A stretch of DNA of 61,525 nucleotides, the filler included, from Sphacelaria rigidula (lineage: Eukaryota), in NCBI GenBank assembly GCA_964200075.2. It is 9 parts of 9 records of this genome, joined end to end, with 100 filler letters (N's around TTAATTAATTAA, not from the genome) between each part and the next. Parts side by side here need not be neighbours in the genome. Positions count along the whole stretch, not along the records: positions 47,934 to 54,679 come from CAXNAA020018280.1; positions 54,780 to 61,525 come from CAXNAA020018281.1; 7 more parts are not named here. One strand, written 5' to 3'. The notes below the pieces were generated by a model, which did no database searches, was not told the DNA's origin, and saw nothing but the letters and a program-made list of their open reading frames with translations. Of this stretch, positions 51,401 to 61,525 are shown one piece after another. The position numbers and the translations under genes were made by a program. Positions within the stretch are counted from its first letter, which is position 1, and the number at the start of each line of letters is the position of its first letter.

Positions 51401-54400
51401 CTGTTCGTCCCATTGTATATCTGAGTCGCACCACTTTTCCAAATGAAAAGAATTGGTCTGTCATGGAACAAGAGACTGGCGCAGTTGTTTGGGGCGTGCG
51501 ACGTCTACGTCAGTATTTGTATGACATCCCGTTTGTGATTTATACGGATCATAAGTCTTTGGAAAGCCTTGCCAAAATGGCGGAACACAACGCTAGGGTA
51601 CAGTACAACGCTGGTTCGAAATCCTGTCGTCTTACAACTTCCAGTTGGAATATCGCACAGGCCCGCAAAATACAAACGCCGACTTTCTGTCACGCTTGCC
51701 CACACCGGCTCAACCTATCGATGAATCCCCCATGGGACGTATCACCGATCCCACCGAAGACATTGTATATTTCATTAACAGGGATGGACATGAAGGTCTC
51801 TACATACCACTTCCATTGAGAGAAACGCCGGCTTTAGGCATGGGTGGGCTGACGACCACAGCCCACGCATCAGTTCTGGGCAGCTTGCAACCTAACTCGT
51901 CGTACTCAGTTTGGAATGGACTGTCTGCAAATACTGTTGGCTACGATCATTTTCGTGCAACTGGTCAGCGCATGGTTTTCGCAGCAGGTGTAGAACCGTC
52001 CTTTGCTGACTCCGTCTTACCAGTTCCACTTCGAGATTTGATTTCGAGTAGGACTCGTGGACGGCGGACCGCCGAAACGGCCACCAAATTAGCTGTATCT
52101 GGTCCTGACCTTCCCCTCCCTGCCCCCACCCCAATCCCCGATAATTTCCTTGCGCCTCCTCAACCTCCACGACGCAAGGCCCCGAGAAAATCGACCCCGA
52201 CTGTGCCGCCCCTGCCAACCATAGCCGAAACCACGGCTATGCCTCCCTCCTTTAGTGATGATATTGCAAACACCACCACAACACCCCCCACGCTAATCGA
52301 CGCAGGAGTAGACGTTAACGTCCCGTCTGAGAGTACACCAACTGGTAGGCTCACCCTTGATTCCGAAATCACCGCTTCGTGCCAACCCCGCCCGAACCGA
52401 CCCAACACGAAGTAGACGCTTCAACAGATGACGTATTCAAGGAACGTTTGACCCTCTCCCCACACGCCGATCCCCACACGCCGATTGGGCCCGGGAACAA
52501 CAGCGAGAACCTGCTTGTAAATCAGCTACACATTATCTATCTAAAGGTTGCCCATGTCGATTCTCAGAAACCGAGTTCCTTTTACCAGTGGGGAATCTCA
52601 AAGCCCCCCAAAAAGATGAAGTTACTGAACTTTCGCGGAAAGATATGCTGCAAACGGATGATGATAGTATAGTTCTGTTAGTTCGCCGGCCCACAGCAGC
52701 CCTCCCCAGGGGGAAGCCTACAAGTCGACATGCCAGCTTGCTAGATGATGAACCCATCCGCATCTATGTCCCGATGCTCCTGCGCCCATGGGTTCTACAC
52801 GAATGCCATTCACAGGTATCGACTCATTTAGGCGCCATTAGGACCTCCCAGATGTTGAAACGTTTTTATTGGTCATTTGTATGGATCAGTGTTCTCGTTG
52901 GTGGGTCAGGCGTTGTCTTTTGTGTCAGGCGCGAAAAACTTCTCGTCAAACAGTTCGTTGGCCGATTGGTTCCATGCCACTCCCAAACGGGCCTGGTGAA
53001 GTAGTTTTGTGGGACTAGTTTGGTCCTTTGCCCCTGACGGATAGTGGAAATAGCTATATTTTGTTGTTGACGGATAGATTTAGTCGACATGCGGTGACGC
53101 ACGCTGTCCCTGCCAGTAGCTATAACGCGGAAGGTACCGCCAACATTCTTGTATACATGTACATCCCACAGTGGGGTGTGCCCAAACGCTTACTGTCTGA
53201 CAACGGCCCGCATTTTTCAGGCAAACGTTCAGGCGCCGTTAGTGACCTTTTGGGTGCACATCGCATTTTTTCTAGTTCATATCACCCTTCCACCAACCGT
53301 GGAATGGAACGAGCGAACCATACGATGGCACAGATGCTTGCTGCTGTAGTAAATGAGAGACAGATGGACTGGGATCTGCACCTGCCCCTTGTCCAAATGA
53401 ACTACAACAATTCAGTCAATGCCGCCACGGGATTGTCACCGAATGAAATTCATATTGGTCGCATGCCTAGGTTACCTTTAACGATATTCGAACGCAAAAA
53501 TACAGGCGGACATCAGAGTCTGGATCGTGATGTTGTAGAGTATCATTTGTCGGTTAGCAATCGTCTTCGTCTTGCGTATGAAGTGGTACGAGAACAGAAC
53601 CAAATCAATTTGGCCAAGGTGGCCAGGGCAAAGTCGATGTTGGATGATGTGGTACATAACCGCCCCGTGTGAAAGGTGGTCCAATGGGCATGGGTGTATG
53701 ACGATGTGAAGACCATCAATCAAGGGGCTAGCTCGAAATCATCATATTTGGACAAAGTGTTGAAGGCGAAACTATCCTTGAATTGGACTGGTCCTTGGGA
53801 AATTTTAGCTGTTGGTCCAAGCACTACCGCACCCGACAAGAGTCCGGTGGGAGCGAAACTTTTGTAGTTAGATTTTCCCACGGATGAACCTGGTTTGAAA
53901 CCGAAAAATCGCGTCTCCATGCTACGATGCAAACCGTGTATCCCCCCTCATGACTCCTCTGACATGCCCAGACAACCGCCGCTGGGGCTTAGCCAGTATG
54001 TGGTGACCAAGTATGCGATCAAAACTCCACCGTATATATGACGGTCGAGGATGCGGACGCACCCCTGGAACGCGTTGAGGTAGATAGGATTTCGGGCCAT
54101 CAACTGGTTCGCGGTCGTGGTGGTAAGATAGCGGTAATGTATCAAACACATGGGAAGGGTATCATGCATGTTACATGGGAGCGTGAAGTTGATTTGCGTC
54201 ATTTTCGTCGGGAAATATTACTGTACTGGGTAGGAGATACCGTCCGACACCGCCCGTTGAATAAGAGATATCGGTCGATGCGCAAGGGAGCTGCCGCTCG
54301 GGAACTGGCACGTGAACACTCAGCGCGGTTTGTTGTAACAGGCTTTAGCATTCTTTCGCGCTCACAATACATGCAGTCTTTTTACGGACAACGCTTGCCG

Positions 54401-54597
54401 AAGGGGGCATACTTTTGGTATAAGGCCTTAGATTCACTGTGGTGGTTGGGTAAAATTCATTTGGTCGATCCTGCATCTGACCACTCCTACTTTATCCATT
54501 TCCTCGATGACCCGAGCCCCCTTAAGATTCGCTTGGATGATGCCTACTACAACGAGGTGCCGACTGCTAGGAGGGGATCCTGGTGCCTCCCACGTGT
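48500..54597 (+). mobile_element. Chromodomain-bearing Ty3/gypsy retrotransposon, decayed
   Basis: Protease DSG (49381); RT SPWASP..V.KK, YLDD (50898); RNase H YTDHKSL, NADFLSR; integrase HHCC, LSDNG, ERANH, WTGPW; chromodomain. Start is approximate. Confidence 0.96.
54038..54597 (+). pseudogene. Integrase C-terminal extension: chromodomain (~54077-54196) plus PWWP/Tudor-like segment (~54404-54589)
   Basis: EVDRISGHQ....MYQTHGKG....TWEREVDL fits the chromo pattern. FWYKALDSLWWLGKI...YFIHFLDD resembles a Royal-family beta-barrel. Confidence 0.65.
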
Positions 54598-54626
54598 CCC
54601 CCCCCCTCCCCCCCCCCCTCCCCCCC

Positions 54627-54679
54627 GACGCTGCGAAAAATCTGAAACTGCGATTTCGGGTGGGGAACCTAGACCTGCC
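54627..54679 (+). mobile_element. 5'-truncated LINE copy starting directly after a C-tract
   Basis: GACGCTGCGAAAAATCTGAAACTGCGATTTCGGGTGGGG matches 33210-33260; preceded by a C-tract at 54598-54626. Confidence 0.88.
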
Positions 54680-54779
54680 NNNNNNNNNNNNNNNNNNNNN
54701 NNNNNNNNNNNNNNNNNNNNNNNTTAATTAATTAANNNNNNNNNNNNNNNNNNNNNNNNNNNNNNNNNNNNNNNNNNNN
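54680..54779. other. Artificial contig linker
   Basis: 44 N + TTAATTAATTAA + 44 N. Confidence 0.99.
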
Positions 54780-55020
54780 GGTAAATGGCAAAATGACTAA
54801 GGCAAGCAACAAATGAGTACGCCCCCCCCCCCACCCCCTCCGAATAAGATATGTAAAGGTTTTCGTGTAATGTATGGAAGAAACGTCATGAGCATCCCAA
54901 TGCTGGAGGTGTCTCTATTAAGAGTAGGAACGGTGCTCCGTCTCGAAAGGAATGCGTGGTCAATGGTCAAATGAGTAAGGCAAGCAACAAATGAGTACGC
55001 CCCCCTCCCCCATTTCCCCC
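54780..55020 (+). mobile_element. Two tandem LINE 3' ends, each AACAAATGAGTACG + C-tract
   Basis: Homologous to 33525-33715; tails start at 54822 and 55000. Confidence 0.9.
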
Positions 55021-55232
55021 GTCAGATCACTTCGTGTACAGTGCGATTATTGGAGTGCTTGCCGGTATATCAGCGGGCCTGATGTTCATTAGGTGCGCTC
55101 TGTCTCCACGTCCACGAGAACTAGCCACTTGAAGAAGTATTTTCACATTACAGCAGTCATTCCGGTTCTGGTGCATTCCTTTCCTGTTTCGTTTTGATGC
55201 ACTCGATGACGTCGTTGACGCTTCGGCTGCAG

Positions 55233-55408
55233 AGGAGATGGGTAAACTGTACAGGAAGTACGGCGGTGAAGATTTGGATATTGCAGCATTGTACGCCGAG
55301 TCCCTCATGGTGCTCAAGGCATGGGAGCTGTGGGTAAAGGACGAGAACTCCGGTGAAATCGTCCCTGCAGACGGCAACACGCTCGTGGTTAAGCAGGTTC
55401 TCAGCAAG
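55233..55408 (+). CDS. TPR-like gene exon a (EMGKLYRKYGGEDLDIAALYAESLMVLKAWELW...VLSK)
   Basis: TGCAG| ... AAG|GTGTGT, ends in phase 0. Confidence 0.88.
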
Positions 55409-58400
55409 GTGTGTCATTGTACCGGCACGACCGTTTTCGTTCTCTCTGCGCTCTGCATCTCTCGGACGGATCCTTTACATTCCCGAAGTTGCCCAGTGTT
55501 ACAGTCGATCACTGACATCGATGATGGAGCTTTACATTGAGGATGAGAACCCGGTGGATTAAGATTTTTGTATATACACAAAATCCTCGAATTATTGATC
55601 CATTTCTTCACCTACCGGTTGCTTTTGATCAGTACAACACGTCCTACAAACTGCGGCTTCGATGACCGAAATGTTGGGGTTCTGGATGAAAAACTAATTC
55701 CGGGGAATTTCGGCCATCCGATCGGATTGCCTAGATTCCCCAAACTTGTTTCTTCTAGGACCCCGACACTTCGGCGATCGAAATCCAAATTTGTAGGGCG
55801 TGTGACAGTTGTCAAAAGCTACTAGTAGGTGACGGAATGGAACAATCTTCCGAAGAATTTGTGTCGATACGAATATTTTCAATTTTCCGGGTGGCATCGC
55901 AAGATTCCAAACAGAGGAACGTTCAGCATGTACGCTCATCGAAACAGCTCGCTCGTGCCCCAACAACGTCACACCGACGCGCGAATGGAAACGGGCTCGC
56001 TCTTGGTTCCGTTACTCCGACAGGCCCTTGCTGCACCGGGTGGCATGGAACACCCCGCAATTCTGCATCAGTACTGCCACTTAATGGAGCTCTCAAGCGA
56101 ACCAGAGGCCGCGATGCCCGCAGCCGACGCCCTCCGCACATTACTGCCCGCGGCAGGTCACCTTATTCACATGGCTTCGCACATTGATGTGTGGGCTGGG
56201 CAGTACCAGGTGTGCCGGGAAGATAAATAACGCATACTGGACACCGTTCATCATTGCGGCATTATGCATCGCGATATATCTGCTCCCAAAATGCTCCTCC
56301 CGATACACTGTGCAGGACATCGGAGCAAGAACGGTCGTGGTTGAGGGGTTGCAGTACCGAATATTTTCTTCTTTTTTTTTCCTTGACGGAAGGAGGAAAC
56401 ACAATCCCACTCGTAGTATTACCCCGCAAGCGAGTTTCGCAAGCGAGTTCGTGTGCCGATTATCCCGAAGGCTCGGCTAAATCACCTCGCGGCAGTCATG
56501 TGGGAAAGGCGTCTCGAGCGGTGGTGGCTCAAGGCGGTCAGTTTGGGGGATACTCCCACTCAAACCCTCTATCAACTTGGCGCAGTACACGCGCCGCCAT
56601 GCTCTCACGAGCTCCGGCCCTACGAGTATGCGACGCTTGTCATGTACAGCAGGTTATCATATATGAGCGAAGCGTGGATGATGAATTTTCGTAATATCGG
56701 CGGCAACTTGTTTTGCATTTCTTCCCGACAGGGGGAGAGCAAGGTCAATCGCTGCGGTACGTGAACGTGGATGTCGAAGTTGTGGTTGGTGTGTGGTTTC
56801 CTGGAGAATGACCGCATCCTCACCTATTTTGCGTCTTACTTGCAGGCAGCGTTGGAGTCTAACATCTCCGCCATAAAGGCGGACACTGCCATGGTGGCCT
56901 ACACCGGGTGAGTGGACCGATCAATGTTTTTCACGATAAACTCCACTTGGGACACAAGGAAGGAACATCTTGCAACGTTTCTACATCCGTAACACGAAAT
57001 GTCCATATTCAATAGCGAAAAACGCCTGTGATGCTTCGCCCGTGACGCGGTTGCACAGTGTAGCATTTCAAGTGTTGAACTGCTTTGCCAAAGCTCACGA
57101 CGATACTTCGATATCCACACACACATACACACACACACACACACAAGTGCACGCTCACGCGTATCGATGCCTGACAAGAAACCCTCTGAAATTCCAATGC
57201 GCTCACTCCTCACTCGCCGATTCCCCACGATTGTGACATTGCAACCTACGTGTGGCAGAGTGGAAAGCAACTTCTACATCGGGTACCGCGTTCACAACAT
57301 CCACATGGCGATCTGGGCGGTGAGCACATGCTGATATCGTGTTACAGCCAAACAGCCGGGATCAGCCGGGTTCGTGAACGGCCAATTTCCCTCCTAACCT
57401 CTTTACATCTACTGTATTTGCCGTCTCCGATTGTGTTCCAACCAAGGGTGAATCCGTCCCCGCTTTGGCCGTCGGTATAGAATGGAGTGTCCCCGACCTA
57501 ACCTCAATTCCAAGGGTTTCCCTCTCCGTCTCACCGAACAATGGTGAACGCACTTGGTCGAAGTTCACGAACATGATTGACGCCGCAGTCTTGACTTATT
57601 TCACGCTCGTCGTTGTCCTCGTTGACGTCTTGGTCGGCACAAAAATACGTGGCGCGAAAGTGATGTCAACCCTTAGACAGCGACCCCCCTCCGCAGGTGG
57701 GCTGAGTTGGACTGTGCCATGTTTGGGGCTCAGAACTGCTCTTTTCTCACTACACTGGGAGCTTTTCTCATGAACATGTGGATATTTGTCATCTACCTAG
57801 AAAATAGTCTCACCCTGACCAATTTTGACCCTGCAATCAATTGCGTGCAGAGTCGGTGTGCATGTGTGCTGTATGTCTTCACTGGATGCAGCGGCAAGAG
57901 ACGGTATATGTGTGTGGTGTGTGCCATCGCTCTGCACTGAACACAGTTTACTGCATGCTGCTGATGCCTCTGCCTAGTGCTCAACAACAACACTGCAGAC
58001 AATGTGAAGCTATGGTGGCAGCACGTGAGGGGTCAGGGAGGCGGCGTAGACCACGCGAGCAGAATACACAACAAGTTATTTGTACCCATGTTTTTTATGG
58101 TTGATTTTATATGCGTGCGAAGACCGCGTGCTTAGAGGACCGCATCTGAATTTGAACATCCCTATGGTTAGAGTTAGGGTTAGGATTAGTGTTTGGGTTA
58201 GGGTCAGGGGCGTGGTCCCTGCAGGGACTGGCCCGATTGGTTTCGAAAAACGTCGATCCTGAGGTGTTTTGGGCTACGGCGCGGTCCACTAAGCACGCGG
58301 TCCTCTCGCGCATTACAGATTCCCCATAATCGAAATGAGTGGTGGGGGTAGAGAGCGAACTTGCCCAATGTAGTCCACCCGAACCGGAAGAACGTGTTTT

Positions 58401-59797
58401 GACGACCGTGATTGGTCATATTGAGCATCCTGCGTTTCTCGGGCCTCGTGCACGACTTGTAAATTCCCGCGGGAACCCTCCAAACACACATGGTTGACTC
58501 GGAGAGCGTATCGGCTGCTTTGCGGACAGACATAGATACCCTCATAAACTACCTCCCCCGGCCGGTGGAAACCGCCCCGAATGTCTTCTGACCGTCAGCC
58601 TGTGAAACTGTTCCGAGGCGACGCTCGCTGTCTAAAGGTTAAGAACTGCATCCTTTCTCCACACCTTATGCGTGTTGCCGCCGCCGCTATCTGACTTATG
58701 TGTGGCATGTTGCTAGCTGTGTGTGACTTTAGACCAGAGGTCGGGCAGCGACCTTCCGATGTGTGTGGTCAATACGGCGAGGTCCACCACTCACAGGATT
58801 TTGCTCATGCGGTAGTATATCGCTGCTCCTCCTGTGGTGTGTACGCTCGTGTCGTGTTAATTTGCTTCCTCTGTGCTTCGCTCAGGCCATGTTCATCGGG
58901 CAGAAGGAAGTGGCGATGCGGTTGGCGCGTGACCTGGATGGCATGATGCCGCCAGGGGACGAGACACAGTAAGCGTTTTGGTGATGTCTTTTTTCTCAGA
59001 TGCTTCTGAAACAATTCTGCTAGTCGACCGCACATGCTGTCAAAAGCTTGGGTGCTGCTTTGCTAAGGGGCGCGTGAGACACGCAGCGAATGCAATTGAA
59101 GTCTGTTGTGTCGGGTTGTTCCTCACGGACGCCTTCCTTCGTTGATTGCACAACAGCGGAGTCCGGTATCTGTTTCTGGGCGGCATTCCGACCGGTCGCA
59201 TGGGGCTGGAGCCCTACAGTATCGTGAAATGGCACGTCATGATCAGGTGCAGGATACCCTCCAGCTTGGTAATTCTTCGTAAGTGCGTCAATTGTTGACA
59301 AGAGTACGTCAAACTAACACCGTCATGCGGAACCCTCAAGCACTCCTCCTGAAATGTCGTGCTCTCTGGTGCGCGGCTTCACCTGGGTCGGAAATGATTG
59401 CTTGTACTGGACCGTGCACGCGCAATACGAGGTGCATTTTTGTTTACCCTATTCTTTGCCGAGGAAAATCGGCACGGGTGCAGAGTGATGCAGATTCGCA
59501 ACGTATATCTTTTGTTTTGACTTAACCTCCGCCTGAAGGGATGAAGTACCCTTATAAAGTCAGGCCTCAACGAGAAACAGGCGTGGCTCGTTCGGACGAC
59601 AAGGAGCAAATAGTGGACTTCAACTGAATCGGAATATTGTTCGGTTTTACGTCAGGTTCGGCATGTGGGATGATATCCTTGGGGAACCACAGCGGGAGGA
59701 CGGTAGCCTGTACGCCACAGCGGTAGCGTCTGGACACTACGCTCGAGGTCTCGCTTTCGCCGCCAAGGGCCTCATCAAGGAAGCTGAAGAAGAGCAG
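55233..59797 (+). CDS. Host gene, partial at both ends: His-rich TPR-like protein, join(55233-55408,56024-56209,56846-56907,57259-57319,58886-58968,59157-59246,59656-59797)
   Basis: Seven exons with CAG/GT boundaries and matching phases give a stop-free ~266-aa peptide. Motifs DLDIAALYAESLM..W.LW, HPAILHQYCHLME, AGHLIHMASHID, FY..YR.HN.H, WHVMIRFG.WDDIL and HYARGLAFAA are typical of a bacterial/fungal TPR-domain family (recognised from memory). Confidence 0.9.
55549..55892. repeat. Intronic ~345-bp imperfect palindrome centred on ATCCGATCGGAT (55716-55727)
   Basis: Arms pair throughout, e.g. ACACGTCCTACAAA / TTTGTAGGGCGTGT and TCACCTAC..TTGCTTTTGA / TCAAAAGCTACTAGTAGGTGA. Confidence 0.85.
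56024..56209 (+). CDS. TPR-like gene exon b (ALAAPGGMEHPAILHQYCHLME...GHLIHMASHIDVWAGQYQ)
   Basis: GACAG| ... CAG|GTGTGC, 62 codons. Confidence 0.92.
56846..56907 (+). CDS. TPR-like gene exon c (AALESNISAIKADTAMVAYTG)
   Basis: TTGCAG| ... GG|GTGAGT, phase 0 to 2. Confidence 0.88.
57259..57319 (+). CDS. TPR-like gene exon d (VESNFYIGYRVHNIHMAIWA)
   Basis: GGCAG| ... GCG|GTGAGC, phase 2 to 0. Confidence 0.88.
58111..58313. mobile_element. Intronic 203-bp MITE with 33-bp TIRs and internal degenerate TTAGGG repeats
   Basis: ATGCGTGCGAAGACCGCGTGCTTAGAGGACCGC / GCGGTCCACTAAGCACGCGGTCCTCTCGCGCAT; GGTTAGAGTTAGGGTTAGGATTAG... at 58166-58210. Confidence 0.85.
58886..58968 (+). CDS. TPR-like gene exon e (AMFIGQKEVAMRLARDLDGMMPPGDET)
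   Basis: CTCAG| ... CA|GTAAGC, phase 0 to 2. Confidence 0.88.
59157..59246 (+). CDS. TPR-like gene exon f (HGVRYLFLGGIPTGRMGLEPYSIVKWHVMIR)
   Basis: AACAG| ... AG|GTGCAG, phase 2 to 2. Confidence 0.85.
59656..59797 (+). CDS. TPR-like gene exon g (FGMWDDILGEPQREDGSLYATAVASGHYARGLAFAAKGLIKEAEEEQ)
   Basis: GTCAG| ... CAG|GTTTGA, phase 2 to 0. Confidence 0.88.
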
Positions 59798-59822
59798 GTT
59801 TGAGCGTACACAGAAGCTGGTA

Positions 59823-60030
59823 GCCCCGGTGGCTCAGTTGGTAACCTCGGAACCCTCTGACGGTTGGGTCGTGAGTTGGAATCTCGGAGCGATCTGCGAT
59901 TTTTTTCTCGTACAGTGCCCAATAGTGGAAAGCGACTATGCCGTGGGTACACGAAATTCGACTTGACGGTCGGCGAGGGAAAATAGTTTTGCTGAACCCT
60001 TCTCGTGATAAAAAAAATAGAAGGCAAGCA
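59823..60030 (+). mobile_element. tRNA-derived SINE-like element in an intron
   Basis: A box TGGCTCAGTTGG (59830), B-box-like GAGTTGGAATCTC (59873), A-rich end. Confidence 0.7.
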
Positions 60031-60053
60031 CCGCAGAAGGAAGGTGGCAAACT

Positions 60054-60057
60054 AATG

Positions 60058-60089
<32 letters not shown>

Positions 60090-60097
60090 GATAATAA

Positions 60098-60172
<75 letters not shown>
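60054..60172. repeat. (ATGATA)n + (ATG)n microsatellite
   Basis: Visible directly in the sequence. Confidence 0.98.
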
Positions 60173-61097
60173 GGATTGCTCATTCGAACTGTAGTTCCAT
60201 GTGCAGAATGCGGGTACGTACGTTGGTGGGCGGGAACAGAAACTTGCCGTTGGCACAGTATGTTCCTGAGATCGTACTTCTCGTATGTGGTTTGTGCGTG
60301 AAAATAGGTACAGCAGGTACTCACGATGTTGCGGTACTGATACCTTGTAGGCAATATCTATTGGAATGGGTATGTGACCACGTTCTGGGCTGTTGTTCGA
60401 GCGAGCTAGCTTGCCTGTGGGGTAATCCAACCTATCTCACTGGTCTCACTCACATCCGGAGACAACCGGTGAGAACGTTTGGCCGGTAGTTAGAACTCGA
60501 CAATACAAGTCATAGACTACTCGTGCGACGTTTGCCTCTAGTTGCATGTTTTGTAATGCTTTACGCGCTGTTTGTTGCACACGTGTTTGAATGTATTTGA
60601 TCCCGGTTCTCAAGTGTGTACTGTTGACTCTGCCAAAAGTATCCTAGTAGCTCGGAGTCACAAAAGCCGACCTGCTTTTTTTCGTCCTCCGCGACCACAT
60701 GCGATGTTTTGGGGTTTCCACAGGCCCAACCCCAGATTCCTTCTTCAAATCCCGTGCGAGGGGCAACGCTCATCAATTGCTCATGTCCAGTAGTCGTTTC
60801 ATCCTCGTGTTGAGGTATAATACATCCCCAACGCTCAAGTTATGCTAATTAGTTGCTAGGGGCGAGGTTGTCCGAGCACATCTGATTTTGGTCGACACAC
60901 CCTTTCGGTTGTGAAGTGACCGCCTGTTTAAGGGGGGGACTCTCCAGAAATTGTTCCGTGTTGTGTACACCGCCCCCCCCAGGACGGCGCAAACTGTGCT
61001 TTATCTCCTCCAATTTGCCCTCCCCGCGCCCCAGGGGCCTAGTGGTGCAAGTGCAACAACTAGGTCGAAAGAATGCGGATTAGATGCCGGGCAGATT

Positions 61098-61128
<31 letters not shown>

Positions 61129-61270
61129 TTTTTCTGAAGCGAGTGTCGACGCGGTGCGGGAGTCCTGACAGAATCCGCGACACTGCACCGTGGGGCACGT
61201 ACCCGGGAAGAGATGGGTTGATCCCTCGCCACCACGGACTTGTCCCGACCGGAGAGGAGGGGAGGGGGCT
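61098..61270 (-). mobile_element. Possible (CA)n-tailed retroelement 3' end
   Basis: (GT)n and a T-run adjoining a GC-rich segment; only one copy in the window. Confidence 0.3.
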
Positions 61271-61525
61271 GAAGGTTTTTTCAAGAACAGGAAAGAAAAA
61301 TAAGAGGGAAATTAATGGCAGTTGTTGAACTAAAAGTTTTGACCTCACAATCGAACGGGGTATCTCACGTCCCTCACAATTTCGTGCTCACAACGTTGCA
61401 GTTAATTTCAGGGTACTCCTCGGTCATTTACCACCAACAGACGGTAATTTTTTATTTCCTTCGCAGCACCCTCAAAAATGACGGAAACGTTTCTAAAAAC
61501 CACAGTAAAAAGAAGTGCACTGAAA

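Noticed and set aside
54627..55020. A single LINE spanning the gap between contigs 8 and 9
   Set aside because: Both sides belong to the same family in a compatible orientation, but the contigs are size-sorted. The adjacency is a coincidence of a high-copy repeat breaking both contigs.
59823..59895. Functional tRNA genes (also 13012, 14894, 20549)
   Set aside because: A and B boxes are present, but I could not fold an acceptor stem and anticodon arm. Treated as SINE heads.
59936..60489. Poly-Met/His/Asp/Ile ORFs
   Set aside because: They are artefacts of the (ATG)n microsatellite in an intron.

Overview
This is not one continuous locus. It is nine eukaryotic contigs of near-identical, decreasing length (6749, 6749, 6747 x5, 6746 x2 bp) joined by identical 100-nt linkers (44 N + TTAATTAATTAA + 44 N), so nothing can be inferred across a linker. 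The short-exon GT-AG gene structure and the repeat types suggest a stramenopile, probably a brown alga (inference). The content is mostly decayed transposable elements: two Ty3/gypsy elements (15540-19700 minus; 48500-54597 plus), one Ty1/copia (42882-47833 minus), an older copia remnant, a 5'-truncated LINE (30759-33715) with further fragments of the same family, tRNA-derived SINE heads, MITEs/foldbacks, and LTR pairs lacking pol. One host gene is well supported: seven in-phase exons (55233-59797, plus) of a His-rich TPR-like protein of a family I recognise from bacteria and fungi. The most notable observations are (1) a gypsy integrase ending in a chromodomain followed by a second PWWP/Tudor-like module, (2) a LINE family whose copies end in (T/A)GAGTACG-poly(C) and begin next to C-tracts, and (3) an LTR-element derivative carrying a 323-bp, 97.5%-identical fold-back that abuts a partial LTR copy. 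All domain calls are by eye from motifs; no searches were run.
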